A stretch of DNA of 64,000 nucleotides from NCBI RefSeq assembly GCF_006345805.1, contig NC_043023.1:17050001-17114000 (forward strand), read 5' to 3'. Every line of letters starts with the position of its first letter. Position 1 is the stretch's first letter. This DNA comes from Octopus sinensis (lineage: Eukaryota). The notes below the pieces were generated by a model that worked only from the letters and a program-made list of their open reading frames with translations, was not told the DNA's origin and searched no databases. The translations under genes and the position numbers were made by a program. Shown piece after piece: positions 1 to 12,233 of this stretch.

Positions 1-49
1 TATAACCCCTGAAATTCACTCCGTAATTTCTCAGGGGCATATGACGTAG

Positions 50-290
50 TGGTTCTTGGCCGACCTCTTCTTCTCTTGCCACTGACCATTCCGAGCATGA
101 TGTCCTTCTCCAGGGATTTTCTCCGCACAATATGACCAAAATATGCCAATCTATGCTTGGTGATCCTAGCTTCTAGCGACAGTTTCGGTTTGATCTGCTT
201 AAGAACTTCTCCATTGGTGAACCTCGCTGTCCATGGAATCCGTAAAAGTCTTCTCCAACACCAAAGCTCGAATGCATTAATTCTCTTCTG
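50..290 (-). mobile_element. RTE (BovB-like) LINE fragment, C-terminal part of the ORF
   Basis: Manual minus-strand translation QKRINAFELWCWRRLLRIPWTARFTNGEVLKQIKPKLSLEARITKHRLAYFGHIVRRKSLEKDIMLGMVSGKRRRGRPRT matches the characteristic AFELWCWRRLLRxPW...YFGH...GxRRRGR C-terminus of RTE/BovB ORFs. Confidence 0.88.
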
Positions 291-807
291 TGTAGTAATA
301 GAATAATAAACAAGTCTTAACTAATTATTTTTCTTTGATATAAACTGTTTTATTACAATATTTAATTAAAAACCTATCTTTGGGATGGTATGTTTCATGA
401 AGGTAATTAGCTTATCATCCGGAAAAAATCGTCATTTAAGCGTGTAAAAGCATTATGTGACAATGACAGTTTAGAAGAAATGAAATAAGCTTATGATAAA
501 TCAATCAGCATTAATTATCCATTGATTAGTCTTTCGTTTATGCTTCGGAATGAGCAACAAGAAGTCACTGTGAATGCTACTATTTTATTAGCTCAAAATT
601 AATCGATGAGTTTATACCGAAACGCCTCAAAAAACTTTCTCGGACATTTCTTGTTTGGACTTGTTATTTCTTTTGAAGCCACGGGTTTTATCTTTAGTTT
701 ACTTATTAAATAAACTTTACTTGTGAATTTGTCGATGATCCGTCTTAAGTGTTTTATTATTGATCGTAGGACGAAAGGTGGTCTTATATCCTTTGTATAT
801 ATGCGTG

Positions 808-856
808 TATATATATATATATATATATATAGATAGATAGATAGATAGATAGATAG

Positions 857-915
<59 letters not shown>
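808..915. repeat. (TA)n-(TAGA)n microsatellite
   Basis: Directly visible. Confidence 0.95.
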
Positions 916-927
916 GTGTATTTTTAC

Positions 928-1281
928 CTTGTTAACAATTAACACGGAAAAAATAAATAAATAAATAAATAGTTACCAGGGAAGCAAAAAATCTCACAGG
1001 TAAAGAGGTTGTAACTCCTTGTTTATAAAGGTAGAAACTTCGTGTTTACGTGGAATTTTTTGTATAATATATAAATAAATAAATGGAGTTTAACGCGGGT
1101 ATAAATTTTACTTTCGACACATATTTCGAAAATTCCACTGATACTATTCAAAATAATAAATGGCAATCTTCTCTGAGTTTCGTTTTTTCACTTTCCTGAA
1201 GAGAAGATTGCATTGTTTTATACCATTTATTCTTTTGAATAGTATCAGTGGAATTTTCGAAACATGTGTCGAAAGTAAAAA
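928..1281. mobile_element. Fold-back element (arms ~1106-1174 and ~1200-1280), probable Penelope-like pLTR remnant
   Basis: ttttactttcgacacatatttcgaaaattccactgatactattcaaaa is inverted as ttttgaatagtatcagtggaattttcgaaacatgtgtcgaaagtaaaa; the right arm holds a hammerhead motif. Penelope origin and the left boundary are inferred. Confidence 0.6.
1190..1276 (+). ncRNA. Type I hammerhead ribozyme motif with long stem II
   Basis: Stem I actttc/gaaagt; core CTGAAGA (1196-1202); stem II gaagattgcattg/cagtggaattttc (12 of 13 pairs incl. GU); GAAA (1259-1262); stem III catgtg; cleavage triplet GUC (1268-1270). Confidence 0.75.
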
Positions 1282-1294
1282 TATTTGTGTGTGC

Positions 1295-1545
1295 GGAGGC
1301 TCGTGGCTTAGTGGTTAGGGTATCAGCATCATGATCGTAAGATTGTGGTTTCGATTCTTAGACCGGGTGACGCGTTGTGTTCTTGAGCAAAATACTTCAT
1401 TTCACGTTGCTCCAGTCCACTCAGTTGGCAAAAATGTGTAACGCTGCGAAGGACTGGCATCCCGTCCAGTTGGGGGGAACACATACGCCATAGAAACCGG
1501 GAAACCGGGCCCATGAGCCTGGCTAGGCTTTAAAAGGGCGCATTT
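1295..1545 (+). mobile_element. tRNA-derived SINE
   Basis: A box tggcttagtgg, B box ggtttcgattc, central tgcgaaggactggcatcccgtccag; diverged relatives at ~3712-3942 (+) and ~54860-54970 (-). Confidence 0.75.
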
Positions 1546-2292
1546 ATTATTTTTATTTTAACAATGTCCGAATGCTGGAGATTATTAGCAGCAGTGACTT
1601 CATCCCAGAATGCAGAAAATGTTACGCCTTCATTTTATCAATAACTTGACGTCTTACTGTATGTGGCTGTACCACACCTCCTCCGACAGCATTGAGTAAA
1701 ACAAAAAAGCATCTATGAAGTTTAAAAGAAAATCAATCAAATAGAAATCTATCGATATATTATAATATCTGAAAGTACTTTTGTTAACCACATGCATAAA
1801 AATTTGTGGCTAGATTTGATTGGTTTATTTGTGAATGTTGTTTGAGAGATGAGGAAGTAGCAAAGCTGATGACTAGACTGGAATCTTTGATATAAAAGCA
1901 TTTTGAGTGCAAAAAAAGGTAACAAAGAAGCCAGACATCAAATTGAAGAATTTGTTTCAGATAAATTTAAATAACTTGGCGACAATTTCAAGAGTTGAAA
2001 GAAAAGCGAATTCAAACTTCAATAAGTTTGGGGGACATTCTTTTAACAACACATCATTTTCGAAGCCGGTATAAAAAGAAATCAACTAGTTTCACAAAAT
2101 CTGTGAAAGTTTCCGAATTTTATTATTCAACTGTCAGATCCGGGATTTAAGAAAATACAATTTGGCCACGTTTATCGAAAACTGGAAAAACGAAAAAGAA
2201 AAAAAAATTATTTAAATCTCAACTAAAATTGAAGTTTACTTGGCAAATCAGCACCAGTCATGATTCTTAAAGGTAAGTGAATTAACGATATT

Positions 2293-2708
2293 GGATCTGT
2301 TCGGTTTGACCGGCAGTTTTTTTAAATAATTTCCACGTAACTAAACACTTTTAAACTTCGTATACTTGTAGAATGTGTTTATAAAACATCTTTTTCTCTT
2401 GGCTTTATTGAGAAAATTCTATAGTTTGTAAGATATTTGTTGTTTTTTTCTTCAACTTCTGCAATTTCAAGCGATCAATGACGTCTATTGAGGTGAAAAC
2501 ATTCTGTGCCGTATGAATATGTCTCTCGTTTAAGAAACAGATTGGGTTTATTTACATTTGTGAAGAAAAAAAGATATCCTTCCCTCCACCCCTAACCCTA
2601 ACCCTAAAACAGATTGAAATGCAATACATCGATACTAGGGTAATAATTATGGGTGACAATTTCATATGACACCGCTAGCAAAAACTGCCGTTCAAACTGA
2701 AAAGATCC
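2293..2708. mobile_element. ~416-bp MITE with ~28-bp GGATC...GATCC TIRs (Merlin-like), unexpanded copy
   Basis: Left TIR ggatctgttcggtttgaccggcagtttttt, right TIR aaaaactgccgttcaaactgaaaagatcc; no clear TSD in this copy, but the other copies have 8-bp TSDs. Confidence 0.8.
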
Positions 2709-3379
2709 CAACACTTAGTACACTACTAAGCCATCCATTACAATATCATGGCATTACCACGACTTTCGAGACGGAAGATACAACAATATGTATCACTCTT
2801 TATATCGGACAACTTTATTTGATCTCTCCATCAAACACCTATGAGTCATCGGTTATTGTAATGAATCCCTGTTGTTCCCCATATTAACATCTACAGGTTC
2901 ATGACTCCCCTGTTTCGTTCCAACCGTCGTCTCACCGTATTCGATGCAGTTCTATGCAGTTGTTCCCTAGACACTGCCTCCAACACGAACAAGCACTCAA
3001 TTTCACTCTTCAAACGTTCAGTCCTCATGAACCCAATCACTATACACTTTTTCTTTAGCATGCACATCATCACCCCCAACACAAATACGCACACATAACA
3101 CTCATATACACACAGACACATAAGTCGACATAGATTCAAATATACATTCATATAAATGGTACATACGTATATACCAGCCACATAAATGCAATCATACCTG
3201 TATACACATCCATACATATAAATTTCAGTAAACAGACACAAGAGCCACAATACATACACAAACATATACGTGCGTGCACACATACTGACACACACGCACT
3301 CACGGCAACATATACACACATACCCAACATATAATACAGCTAACATTCACGCATACACAAGTACATACACACATGTTTA

Positions 3380-3685
3380 CTATTTCTTTACTACCCTCAA
3401 GGGGCCAAACACAGAGAGGGGACAAATAAGGACAGACAAACGGATTAAGAAATACCTATTTCTTTACTACCCTCAAGGGGCTAAACACAGAGAGGACAAA
3501 TAAGGACAGACAAACGGATTAAGTCGATTATATCGACCCCAGTGCGTAACTGGTACTTAATTTATCGACCCCGAAAGGATGAAAGGCAAAGTCGACCTCG
3601 ACGGAATTTGAACTCAGAACGTAACCGCAGACGAAATACTGCTAAGCATTTCGCTCGGCGTGCTAACGATTCTACCAGCTCGCCA
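3380..3685 (-). mobile_element. tRNA-like SINE (ggcgagctggcagaa family) with duplicated 3' tail
   Basis: Reverse complement of ggcgagctgg...gagttcaaattcc...gtcgactttgcctttcatcc...ggggtcgat...gtaaagaaatagg; the ~75-bp tail occurs twice. Same family as 18449-18680, 19060-19290, 34112-34340 and 50488-50703. Confidence 0.8.
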
Positions 3686-4177
3686 TGTTTACGCAACAAT
3701 ATATCCATATGTAGGCGCGTAACGTAGTGGTTAGGACGTTTCACTCATGATCGTAAGATTGCGGTGTCGAATCCTAGACCAGGCGATGCTTTGTGTTCCT
3801 CACCAAAACACTTCATGTCACGTTGCTCCAATTCACGTAGCTAGCAAAAGTGAGAAATCCTACAACAGACCGGCGTCAGGTTCAAATGAAGACTATATAC
3901 GCCACAGAATCCGGGAACGGATTTTATGTGCCTATGGCTAGGAAAAGACCTTTCATCTTTTTCATATTCATATATAGCCCCTGCATACACTAGGTTCAAA
4001 ATAAATTCACGTATGTGCACACACATATGATAAAACTATATACACATACATACTAACACATATATACTGGTTTCACAATATACGCAGTAAATGTACACAT
4101 ATATATATATATGCACGTGCACATAAATACTTTACACAGAATTGCCTCCCGTATTGCTCTTGTACGTTTGAAATCTC

Positions 4178-6955
4178 GGATCTTTTCGTTTTGAACGGCA
4201 GTTTTTTAAAATAATTTCCACGTAACTAAACACTTTTAAACTTCGTATACTGGTAGAATGTGTTTATAAAACATCTTTTTCTCTTGGCTTTATTGAGAAT
4301 ATTCTATAGTTTGTAAGATATTTGGGATCTTTTCGGTTTGACCGGCAGTTTTTTAAAATAATTTCCACGTAACTAAACACTTTTAAACTTCGTATACTGG
4401 TAGAATGTGTTTAAAAACATCTTTTTCTCTTGGCTTTATTGAGAATATTCTATAGTTTGTAAGATATTTGGGATCTTTTCGGTTTGACCGGCAGTTTTTT
4501 AAAATAATTTCCACGTAACTAAACACTTTTAAACTTCGTATACTGGTAGAATGTGTTTATAAAACATCTTTTTCTCTTGGCTTTATTGAGAATATTCTAT
4601 AGTTTGTAAGATATTTGGGATCTTTTCGGTTTGACCGGCAGTTTTTTAAAATAATTTCCACGTAACTAAACACTTTTAAACTTCGTATACTGGTAGAATG
4701 TGTTTATAAAACATCTTTTTCTCTTGGCTTTATTGAGAATATTCTATAGTTTGTAAGATATTTGGGATCTTTTCGGTTTGACCGGCAGTTTTTTAAAATA
4801 ATTTCCACGTAACTAAACACTTTTAAACTTCGTATACTGGTAGAATGTGTTTATAAAACATCTTTTTCTCTTGGCTTTATTGAGAATATTCTATAGTTTG
4901 TAAGATATTTGGGTCTTTTCGGTTTGAACGGCAGTTTTTTAAAATAATTTCCACGTAACTAAACACTTTTAAACTTCGTATACTGGTAGAATGTGTTTAT
5001 GAAACATCTTTTTCTCTTGGCTTTATTGAGAATATTCTATAGTTTGTAAGATATTTGGGATCTTTTCGGTTTGACCGGCAGTTTTTTAAAATAATTTCCA
5101 CGTAACTAAACACTTTTAAACTTCGTATACTAGTAGAATGTGTTTATAAAACATCTTTTTCTCTTGGCTTTATTGAGAATATTCTATAGTTTGTAAGATA
5201 TTTGGGTCTTTTCGGTTTGAACGGCAGTTTTTTAAAATAATTTCCACGTAACTAAACACTTTTAAACTTCGTATACTGGTAGAATGTGTTTATAAAACAT
5301 CTTTTTCTCTTGGCTTTATTGAGAATATTCTATAGTTTGTAAGATATTTGTTGTTGTTTTTTCTTCTTCAATTTCTGCAATTTCAACCAATCACTGACGT
5401 CTGTTGAGGTGAAAACATTCTGTACCGTATGAATATGTCCCTCGTTTAAGAAACAGGGATCTTTTCGGTTTGAACGGCACTAAATACTTTTAAACTTCGT
5501 ATACTGGTAGAATGTGTTTATAAAACATCTTTTTCTCTTGGCTTTATTGAGAATATTCTATAGTTTGTAAGAATTTGGGATCTTTTCGGTTTGACCGGCA
5601 GTTTTTTAAAATAATTTCCACGTAACTAAACACTTTTAAACTTCGTATACTGGTAGAATGTGTTTATAAAACATCTTTTTCTCTTGGCTTTATTGAGAAT
5701 ATTCTATAGTTTGTAAGATATTTGGGATCTTTTCGGTTTGACCGGCAGTTTTTTAAAATAATTTCCACGTAACTAAACACTTTTAACTTCGTATACTGGT
5801 AGAATGTGTTTATAAAACATCTTTTTCTCTTGGCTTTATTGAGAATATTCTATAGTTTGTAAGATATTTGGGATCTTTTCGGTTTGACCGGCAGTTTTTT
5901 AAAATAATTTCCACGTAACTAAACACTTTTAAACTTCGTATACTGGTAGAATGTGTTTATAAAACATCTTTTTCTCTTGGCTTTATTGAGATATTCTATA
6001 GTTTGTAAGATATTTGGGTCTTTTCGGTTTGAACGGCAGTTTTTTAAAATAATTTCCACGTAACTAAACACTTTTAAACTTCGTATACTGGTAGAATGTG
6101 TTTATAAAACATCTTTTTCTCTTGGCTTTATTGAGAATATTCTATAGTTTGTAAGATATTTGGGATCTTTTCGGTTTGACCGGCAGTTTTTTAAAATAAT
6201 TTCCACGTAACTAAACACTTTTAAACTTCGTATACTAGTAGAATGTGTTTATAAAACATCTTTTTCTCTTGGCTTTATTGAGAATATTCTATAGTTTGTA
6301 AGATATTTGGGTCTTTTCGGTTTGACCGGCAGTTTTTTAAAATAATTTCCACGTAACTAAACACTTTTAAACTTCGTATACTGGTAGAATGTGTTTATAA
6401 AACATCTTTTTCTCTGGCTTTATTGAGAATATTCTATAGTTTGTAAGATATTTGTTGTTGTTTTTTCTTCTTCAATTTCTGCAATTTCAACCAATCACTG
6501 ACGTCTGTTGAGGTGAAAACATTCTGTACCGTATGAATATGTCCCTCGTTTAAGAAACAGGGATCTTTTCGGTTTGAACGGCACTAAATACTTTTAAACT
6601 TCGTATACTGGTAGAATGTGTTTATAAAACATCTTTTTCTCTTGGCTTTATTGAGAAAATTCTATAGTTTGTAACATATTTGTTGTTGTTTTTTTCTTCA
6701 ACTTCTGCAATTTCAAGCGATCAATGACGTCTATTGAGGTGAAAACATTCTGTGCCGTATGAATATGTCCCTCGTTTAAGAAACAGATTGAGTTTATTTA
6801 CATTTCTGAAGAAAAAAAGATATCCTTCCCTCCACCCCTAACCCTAACCCTAAAACATATTGAAATGCAATAGATCGATACTAGGGTCATAATTATGGGT
6901 GACAATTTCATATGACACCGCTAGAAAAAACTGCTGTGCAAAACCGAAAAGATCC
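4178..6955 (+). mobile_element. Merlin-like MITE expanded into a tandem array of ~147-bp units (plus ~250-bp units)
   Basis: Flanked by 8-bp TSD gaaatctc (4170-4177)/gaaatccc (6956-6963). About 16 copies of the left TIR plus adjacent sequence, with a single right TIR at the end. Confidence 0.85.
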
Positions 6956-7699
6956 GAAATCCCATTCTTCTGGGTCACTTCCCGTCATTCAACCTCCGTC
7001 GTTTTCAGAATGACTTATTACAAACACTTCCTCCTGAATTTACTCCTTCACGCTTCTTACTGCGGTACGTTTGCTTTCTGGAAAAAAGCTCACCTTTAAA
7101 TAATTTCCGCTCTGTAATCATTGAGTATTAAACTATTATTTACAGCATATTTTTGCTTTGTCTTCCGTGTTTTTTTTTTTGTTATTCTTGTAGTTAATGT
7201 TGTACCTAGGTCGACGTGTGTACGTGTGTTTAAAGGGGAATAAAAACCCCATTGATGTCTCTATCCCTTATACCTAGTAACGTCAGTAATTTGACAAACA
7301 GGAATGGGTAAAATGAGTACCAAACGGTAATAATTCCTAACGTTGAAAGCATTCACTAATAACCTTAAAGCCTTCATTTCACCCTGGCCACATTTCAAAG
7401 ACTGAAACCAGTTGTAAAGGGAACTAGTTGCTTCTTTACACTTTTAGGGTGGAACTTGGGTGCAACACAATTTCCTTTCTTTAGATTCCAGAAACTGCCA
7501 GTCATGAACAAGAACGCAACTTAAAAAATATATATATATAACTCTTTATTTTCTTATTTACAAAAGAAGTTCGTTGGTATCTTGGTATCCACTTGGTGCG
7601 AAATAGCAAGGCTGAATTTTAACGTTTGTAAGCTTGTTACAACAAATTCAACAGCAACAGAGCAGGTCGTCACGGCGCTATTAAGGAAAACGCCCTAGA

Positions 7700-7840
7700 A
7701 ACTACTGTCCCCTTCAGTCTCTAGCGCATGCGCATGAGGGAACCTCCCTATGCCTTTCCAGAAGGTTCTAGGAGGTTCCAACCCCGCACATGCGCACTGA
7801 AGAAGGACGTTGCGTGTGCGCACACTGGAATATGACGTCA
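7700..7840. promoter_or_regulatory. Candidate promoter motif cluster: ACTACnnTCCC-like, NRF1-like GCGCATGCGC, heat-shock element, CRE
   Basis: actactgtccc 7701-7711; gcgcatgcgc 7724-7733; TTCcaGAAggTTC 7756-7768; tgacgtca 7833-7840, within a locally GC/CpG-rich patch. Confidence 0.45.
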
Positions 7841-7982
7841 CTACACAGTAAAGAGATAACAGAACAAAAGAATATATATGGTCGTGGGATCTTTATTAAA
7901 AAACTGCCGTTCAAACCGAAAAGATGCTACAAAAAAAATACACGGAATTTTCCAGTCTTTAATTTAATAATATTTTACTGAG

Positions 7983-8367
7983 TGGAGGCGCAATGGCCCA
8001 GTGGTTAGGGCAGCGGACTCGCGGTCATAGGATCGCGGTTTCGATTCCCAGACCAGGCGTTGTGAGTGTTTATTGAGCGAAAACACCTAAAGCTCTACGA
8101 GTCCCCGGCAGAGGGGATGGTGGTGATCCCTGCTGTACTCTTTCACCACAACTTTCTCTCACTCTTACTTCCTGTTTCTGTTGTACCTGTATTTCAAAGG
8201 GCCGGCCTTGTCACTCTCTGTGTCACGCTGAATATCCCCGAGAACTACGTTAAGGGTACACGTGTCTGTGGAGTGCTCAGCCACTTACACGTTAATTTCA
8301 CGAGCAGGCTGTTCCGTTGATTCGGATCAACCGGAACCCTCGTCGTCGCAACCGACGGAGTGCTTCC
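7983..8367 (+). mobile_element. Full-length tRNA-derived SINE with 14-bp TSD
   Basis: A box tggcccagtgg, B box ggtttcgattcc; TSD aatattttactgag at 7969-7982 and 8368-8381. Confidence 0.9.
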
Positions 8368-8705
8368 AATATTTTACTGAGCGATATTTTTCGATTTAGC
8401 ATTGATTTGGATAGAGTTGAAGGAACATATTGCTACAACCGAAGGGATTTGTGGATGTATCAAATTATACTAGGGACTTTTAACTTACGACACCGGTGTC
8501 GTACGTATTCAGACGGGGGAAACTTCGGTATATGTACCGGTGTAAGTACCGGATACATTTCGAGAAAGTGTTTTTTTTATATATGGGGGTTAGGGTTAGG
8601 TTTAGGGGTGGGATAAAAGGGTTTCTGTTATCTTCAGAAATGTAAACAAAGTCACGTGTGTACTTAAACCGAAGGATCGCCAAGTTAAACTTATGGTAGT
8701 ACTTA

Positions 8706-8909
8706 AGAAGAGTGATCCCGGTGCGCGCACTCGCGTACTCGCGCTAGCTAGTTGTGACTAGTCGGTCCTACAATGACTACCTAGCAAAGTAAATAAAACA
8801 AAACAAATAATTTTTTTAAAACAAAAACACAGAGTAAGGATCGACTAGTCACGACTAGCTAGCGCGGATGCGTGAGTACGCGAGTGCGCGCACCGGGACC
8901 ACTCTTCTT
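8706..8909. repeat. CpG-rich inverted repeat (~65-bp arms), MITE-like
   Basis: aagaagagtgatcccggtgcgcgcactcgcgtactc...gactagtcg is inverted as cgactagtc...gagtacgcgagtgcgcgcaccgggaccactcttctt. Confidence 0.7.
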
Positions 8910-9639
8910 TCTGGGCTGGATATAAATGAAGGAACAATATTGGGAGAACGAAAGGAATTTCTCAAAGCATTAAATTAGTTTGGGGACTTTTAACAGGCGA
9001 CACCGGTATCATATTGAGACAGGGGAAATTTACGAGCGACACCGATCACCTTGAATGTTTCTAATTAGTTCAGCTTAATTAATAAGATCGTGTGTAATAA
9101 TTATGTGACGTTGCGGTAAATTTTAATGTTTGTCGATCAGATAAACGTGAGCTACATGTTTCAGGGTCTCTGTTCCATCGTGATCATCATTAAATATTCC
9201 ACTTCATCCACAAAGGACATCGTTAATTGGATATTTCCTAATTAACAAAAGCAGGACCAAATGAACGAATGAACTTTTAATCAACCACAGATGAACGAAT
9301 CGCTTTCTTCACTTTTTAGTTGACTTTCAAACAGAAACCAATAATTATTTATTGATTAGAAGATCGTAACAGAAGAAGACATTGGTTCGCTTTTCCTACA
9401 ACTCGGAGTGAATGAACAATCCTCATTTATTAAGAAGACTTATTCGTAAGGAGCCTGGCCGGGTGGAAAAATTGAAGAGGTGTATTACCCCAAAAAGAGA
9501 CTAAAAATGTAAAAAGTGAGAGGATTATTACCTCGTGTTTGTGTTTTATTTTTAATTTTGAACTGTGTAAGAGGTTTATTGCCTCATTGTGTTTTTTTTT
9601 TAAAAAGGGAAAAAAGAATAATGTTTTAGAGAAGCGAAG

Positions 9640-9794
9640 GTCGGCGGGCGCTTTTCGTCTTCTCCCATCCTTATCATCCTTGCATCATCATCATCATTCA
9701 TCCCATTAATGTCTCTGTCTAGCCCTCAAGCTTCTCATTTAATGAAATAAAGAAGACGATACGTGAATTTGGCTCCCGTGAATTACAGAAATCG
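9640..9794 (+). other. Putative non-coding first exon of the zinc-finger gene
   Basis: GC box-like gcgggcgc at ~9645; donor cg|gtgagt at 9795; strong acceptor cttcttttttcttatttcag| ending at 11190 upstream of the ORF. Inference only. Confidence 0.35.
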
Positions 9795-9929
9795 GTGAGT
9801 AAATTCTTTGAAACAGGTAAATCATATTCTAGAAATACTCTCTTAAATGTTATGCAAAATATAAAACGATAATTAACTCGGGGTGTGACTAATTACAAAA
9901 GGCCAAAATGATAATTAAGTCACACCTAT

Positions 9930-10352
9930 ACTCTCTCTTTACTCTTTTTACTTGTTTCAGTCATTTGACTGCGGCAATGTAGGAGCACCGCCTTTAGTCG
10001 AGCAAATCTATCCCAGGACATATTCTTTCGAAGCCTAGTACTTATTCTATCGGTCTCTTTTGACAAATCGCTAAGTTACGGGGAGGTAAATACACCAGCA
10101 TCGGTTGTCAAGCGATGTAGGGGTGGGCAAACACAGACGCACAAACATATACACACACATACATACATATATACATATACATATATACGACGCGCTTCTT
10201 TCAGTTTCCGTCTACCAAATCCACTCACAAGGCTTTGGTCGGTCTGAGGCAATAGTAGAAGACACTTGCCCAATGTGCCACACGGTGGAACTGAACCCGG
10301 AACCATGTGGTTAGTAAGCAAGCTACTTACCAGACAGCCACTTCTACGCCTA
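9930..10352 (-). mobile_element. tRNA-derived SINE with internal microsatellite and CR1-like 3' tail
   Basis: Head ggcgtagaagtggctgtctggtaag...gggttcagttcc; tail ggcggtgctcc...cagtcaaatgactgaaac. Relatives at 10850-11116, 41290-41645, 41657-42520 and 42700-42850. Confidence 0.85.
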
Positions 10353-10849
10353 TATATATATTTTTTTTTTAATCACCACCACCCCTTAAAATTTTTTACT
10401 TTTTTGAAATATTCTCCTCTGTTTTAGATAACGGAGATTCCGAATGTGCAAGAAACCACGTTTTCAAAATTTTTAATTCAATAAGTATATAGATGTGTGT
10501 ACAGGTAGATATGAAAGTCTTCCTGGGGCTAAAAACAACAGTAACACTGCCTTCTATAGGCCCACCACATTCAGTTGACAAATATATTTTATGAATAAAC
10601 GGACAGGGATAAATAGACAGACAGATAAATAAATGGATGAAAAAGTTCAAAATTTAAAATTGAGGGAGGGGTGAATTCTTTTTTTTTTTTTTTTTTTGAT
10701 ATTCGTAATCTCCGACATCTAAAACGTAGGAATCTGAAAAAATTTTTTTCGAAAAAATACATTTTTAAGAAGTGTGAAACTGCATTAGACCCTGAATTCC
10801 TGTTTTCAATATCGGAGACTACGATTTTGTCAACAGAGCACATTCTTTA

Positions 10850-11116
10850 TAAGGCTAGTTCTTATTCTATCTGCCTCTTTTGCTAAACCGCTAAGTTACG
10901 GTGACGTAAACACACCAACATTGATTATCAAGGGATAGTAGGGTATACAAACACAAACACAAATATATACATATACGACGGGCTTCTTTCAGTTTCCTTT
11001 TACTAAATCCACTCACAAGGCTTTGGTCGGGCCGAGGCTATAGTAGAAGACACTTGCCCAAGGTGCCACACAGTGGGACTGAACCCCGAACCATGTGGTT
11101 GGTAAGCAAGCTTCTT
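10850..11116 (-). mobile_element. Partial SINE of the same family as 9930-10352
   Basis: Shared cttattctatc...acaccaacatt...atccactcacaaggctttggtcg...accatgtggttggtaagcaagc. Confidence 0.8.
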
Positions 11117-11416
11117 AATATTTGCAATGTTAAATTATTTTGTCGTTTAACGATTCTTTTTATCTTACTGCTTCTTTTTTCTTATTTCAGAATATCACAT
11201 CATGTTGACATAAAAGAAATTTCTTCATTCGGATGTGCCTTCGATATTCCTCACCAACTTTCATCATTTAAAGGAAGACGATATTTTTATAAGGAGCATT
11301 CATCAATACATCAACCTCTTTACAAAAATATAATCTATAACAAACAACGGCAAAATATTTTTCTTGTCTTCCCTCACTGGAATGTAGAAGAGAAGATTGC
11401 CTTACATGTTGATTAA

Positions 11417-12039
11417 CCCTTTTGATACCAACCCAGCTGAAACCACCCCTGGCTCTGTAGTATAAATGTCTTGTTTTCATTAGTTTTTCATTAGAATATG
11501 CCACCAAACCTTAGTTGCAATTTATGTTCCTAACACTAGCTTAATGATAACTAAGTTATTTTACTAAATTCATTATTATATCTTTATATATAAAAGTAAG
11601 GTTATGTGCTGTCTGTCTCCTACGATTTAGATTCCTAACTACTCCCACATTTTGCGGTGCAGTTTAACCAAAACCGGGTATCTTATAGTCGTGATTCATA
11701 TCGAGCCCTTCTGGATATTAGCACGCGTCTACGAGGAGTCTACGATTTTAAAAATAATTTACCATTAATTTCTCCCATTTTTAATGCACTTTTGGCATAT
11801 ATAAGGGAAGTAACTCTCTAAAAATTTATTATTAAATCTCAGATCGTAAAAAGCTATAGTAACACCACCCCCCCCCGCTTGTGGTTAGCCATATTGAGAT
11901 GGCTATTATACTTTACATCTCTAAAAATGCTTATATAGTTATTTCCCTTACAAACCCGAGCAACGCCGGGCGATGCTGCTAGTTTTAAATAATTGAAAGA
12001 AACACAGAGCATCTCAAAATAAATACAGTAACGAAAGGG
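11417..12039. mobile_element. piggyBac-type MITE containing a Helitron insertion
   Basis: TTAA|cccttttgatac ... gtaacgaaaggg|TTAA (TSDs at 11413-11416 and 12040-12043). Confidence 0.75.
11581..11982 (+). mobile_element. Non-autonomous Helitron
   Basis: a|TC 5' end, subterminal hairpin cccgagcaacgccggg, CTAG|t 3' end, no TSD; same family at 45126-45514 (-) and 49673-50317 (+). Confidence 0.85.
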
Positions 12040-12233
12040 TTAAGCTTGGATAAACTTTACAAAAGAGTTGACAGTTTTCACCTGTTGATTTAGGTATGAA
12101 GTAAGATCACAAATGAAAGAAGCATAGCATTAAATTATTCTCTGAAAATAGTGATCCAACTTCATACAAACATATTCATAGAAATGAAAAAATCATTATC
12201 ATTGTGATACGTATAATTAATTATTCTCTCATA

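Noticed and set aside
1295-1370. tRNA genes at SINE heads (also 7983, 10290)
   Set aside because: A and B boxes are present but there is no complete cloverleaf, and they continue into SINE bodies.
2590-2607. Telomeric (CCCTAA)n, also at ~6835, 8588 and 56602
   Set aside because: Only 2-3 units, embedded as a fixed internal part of MITEs.
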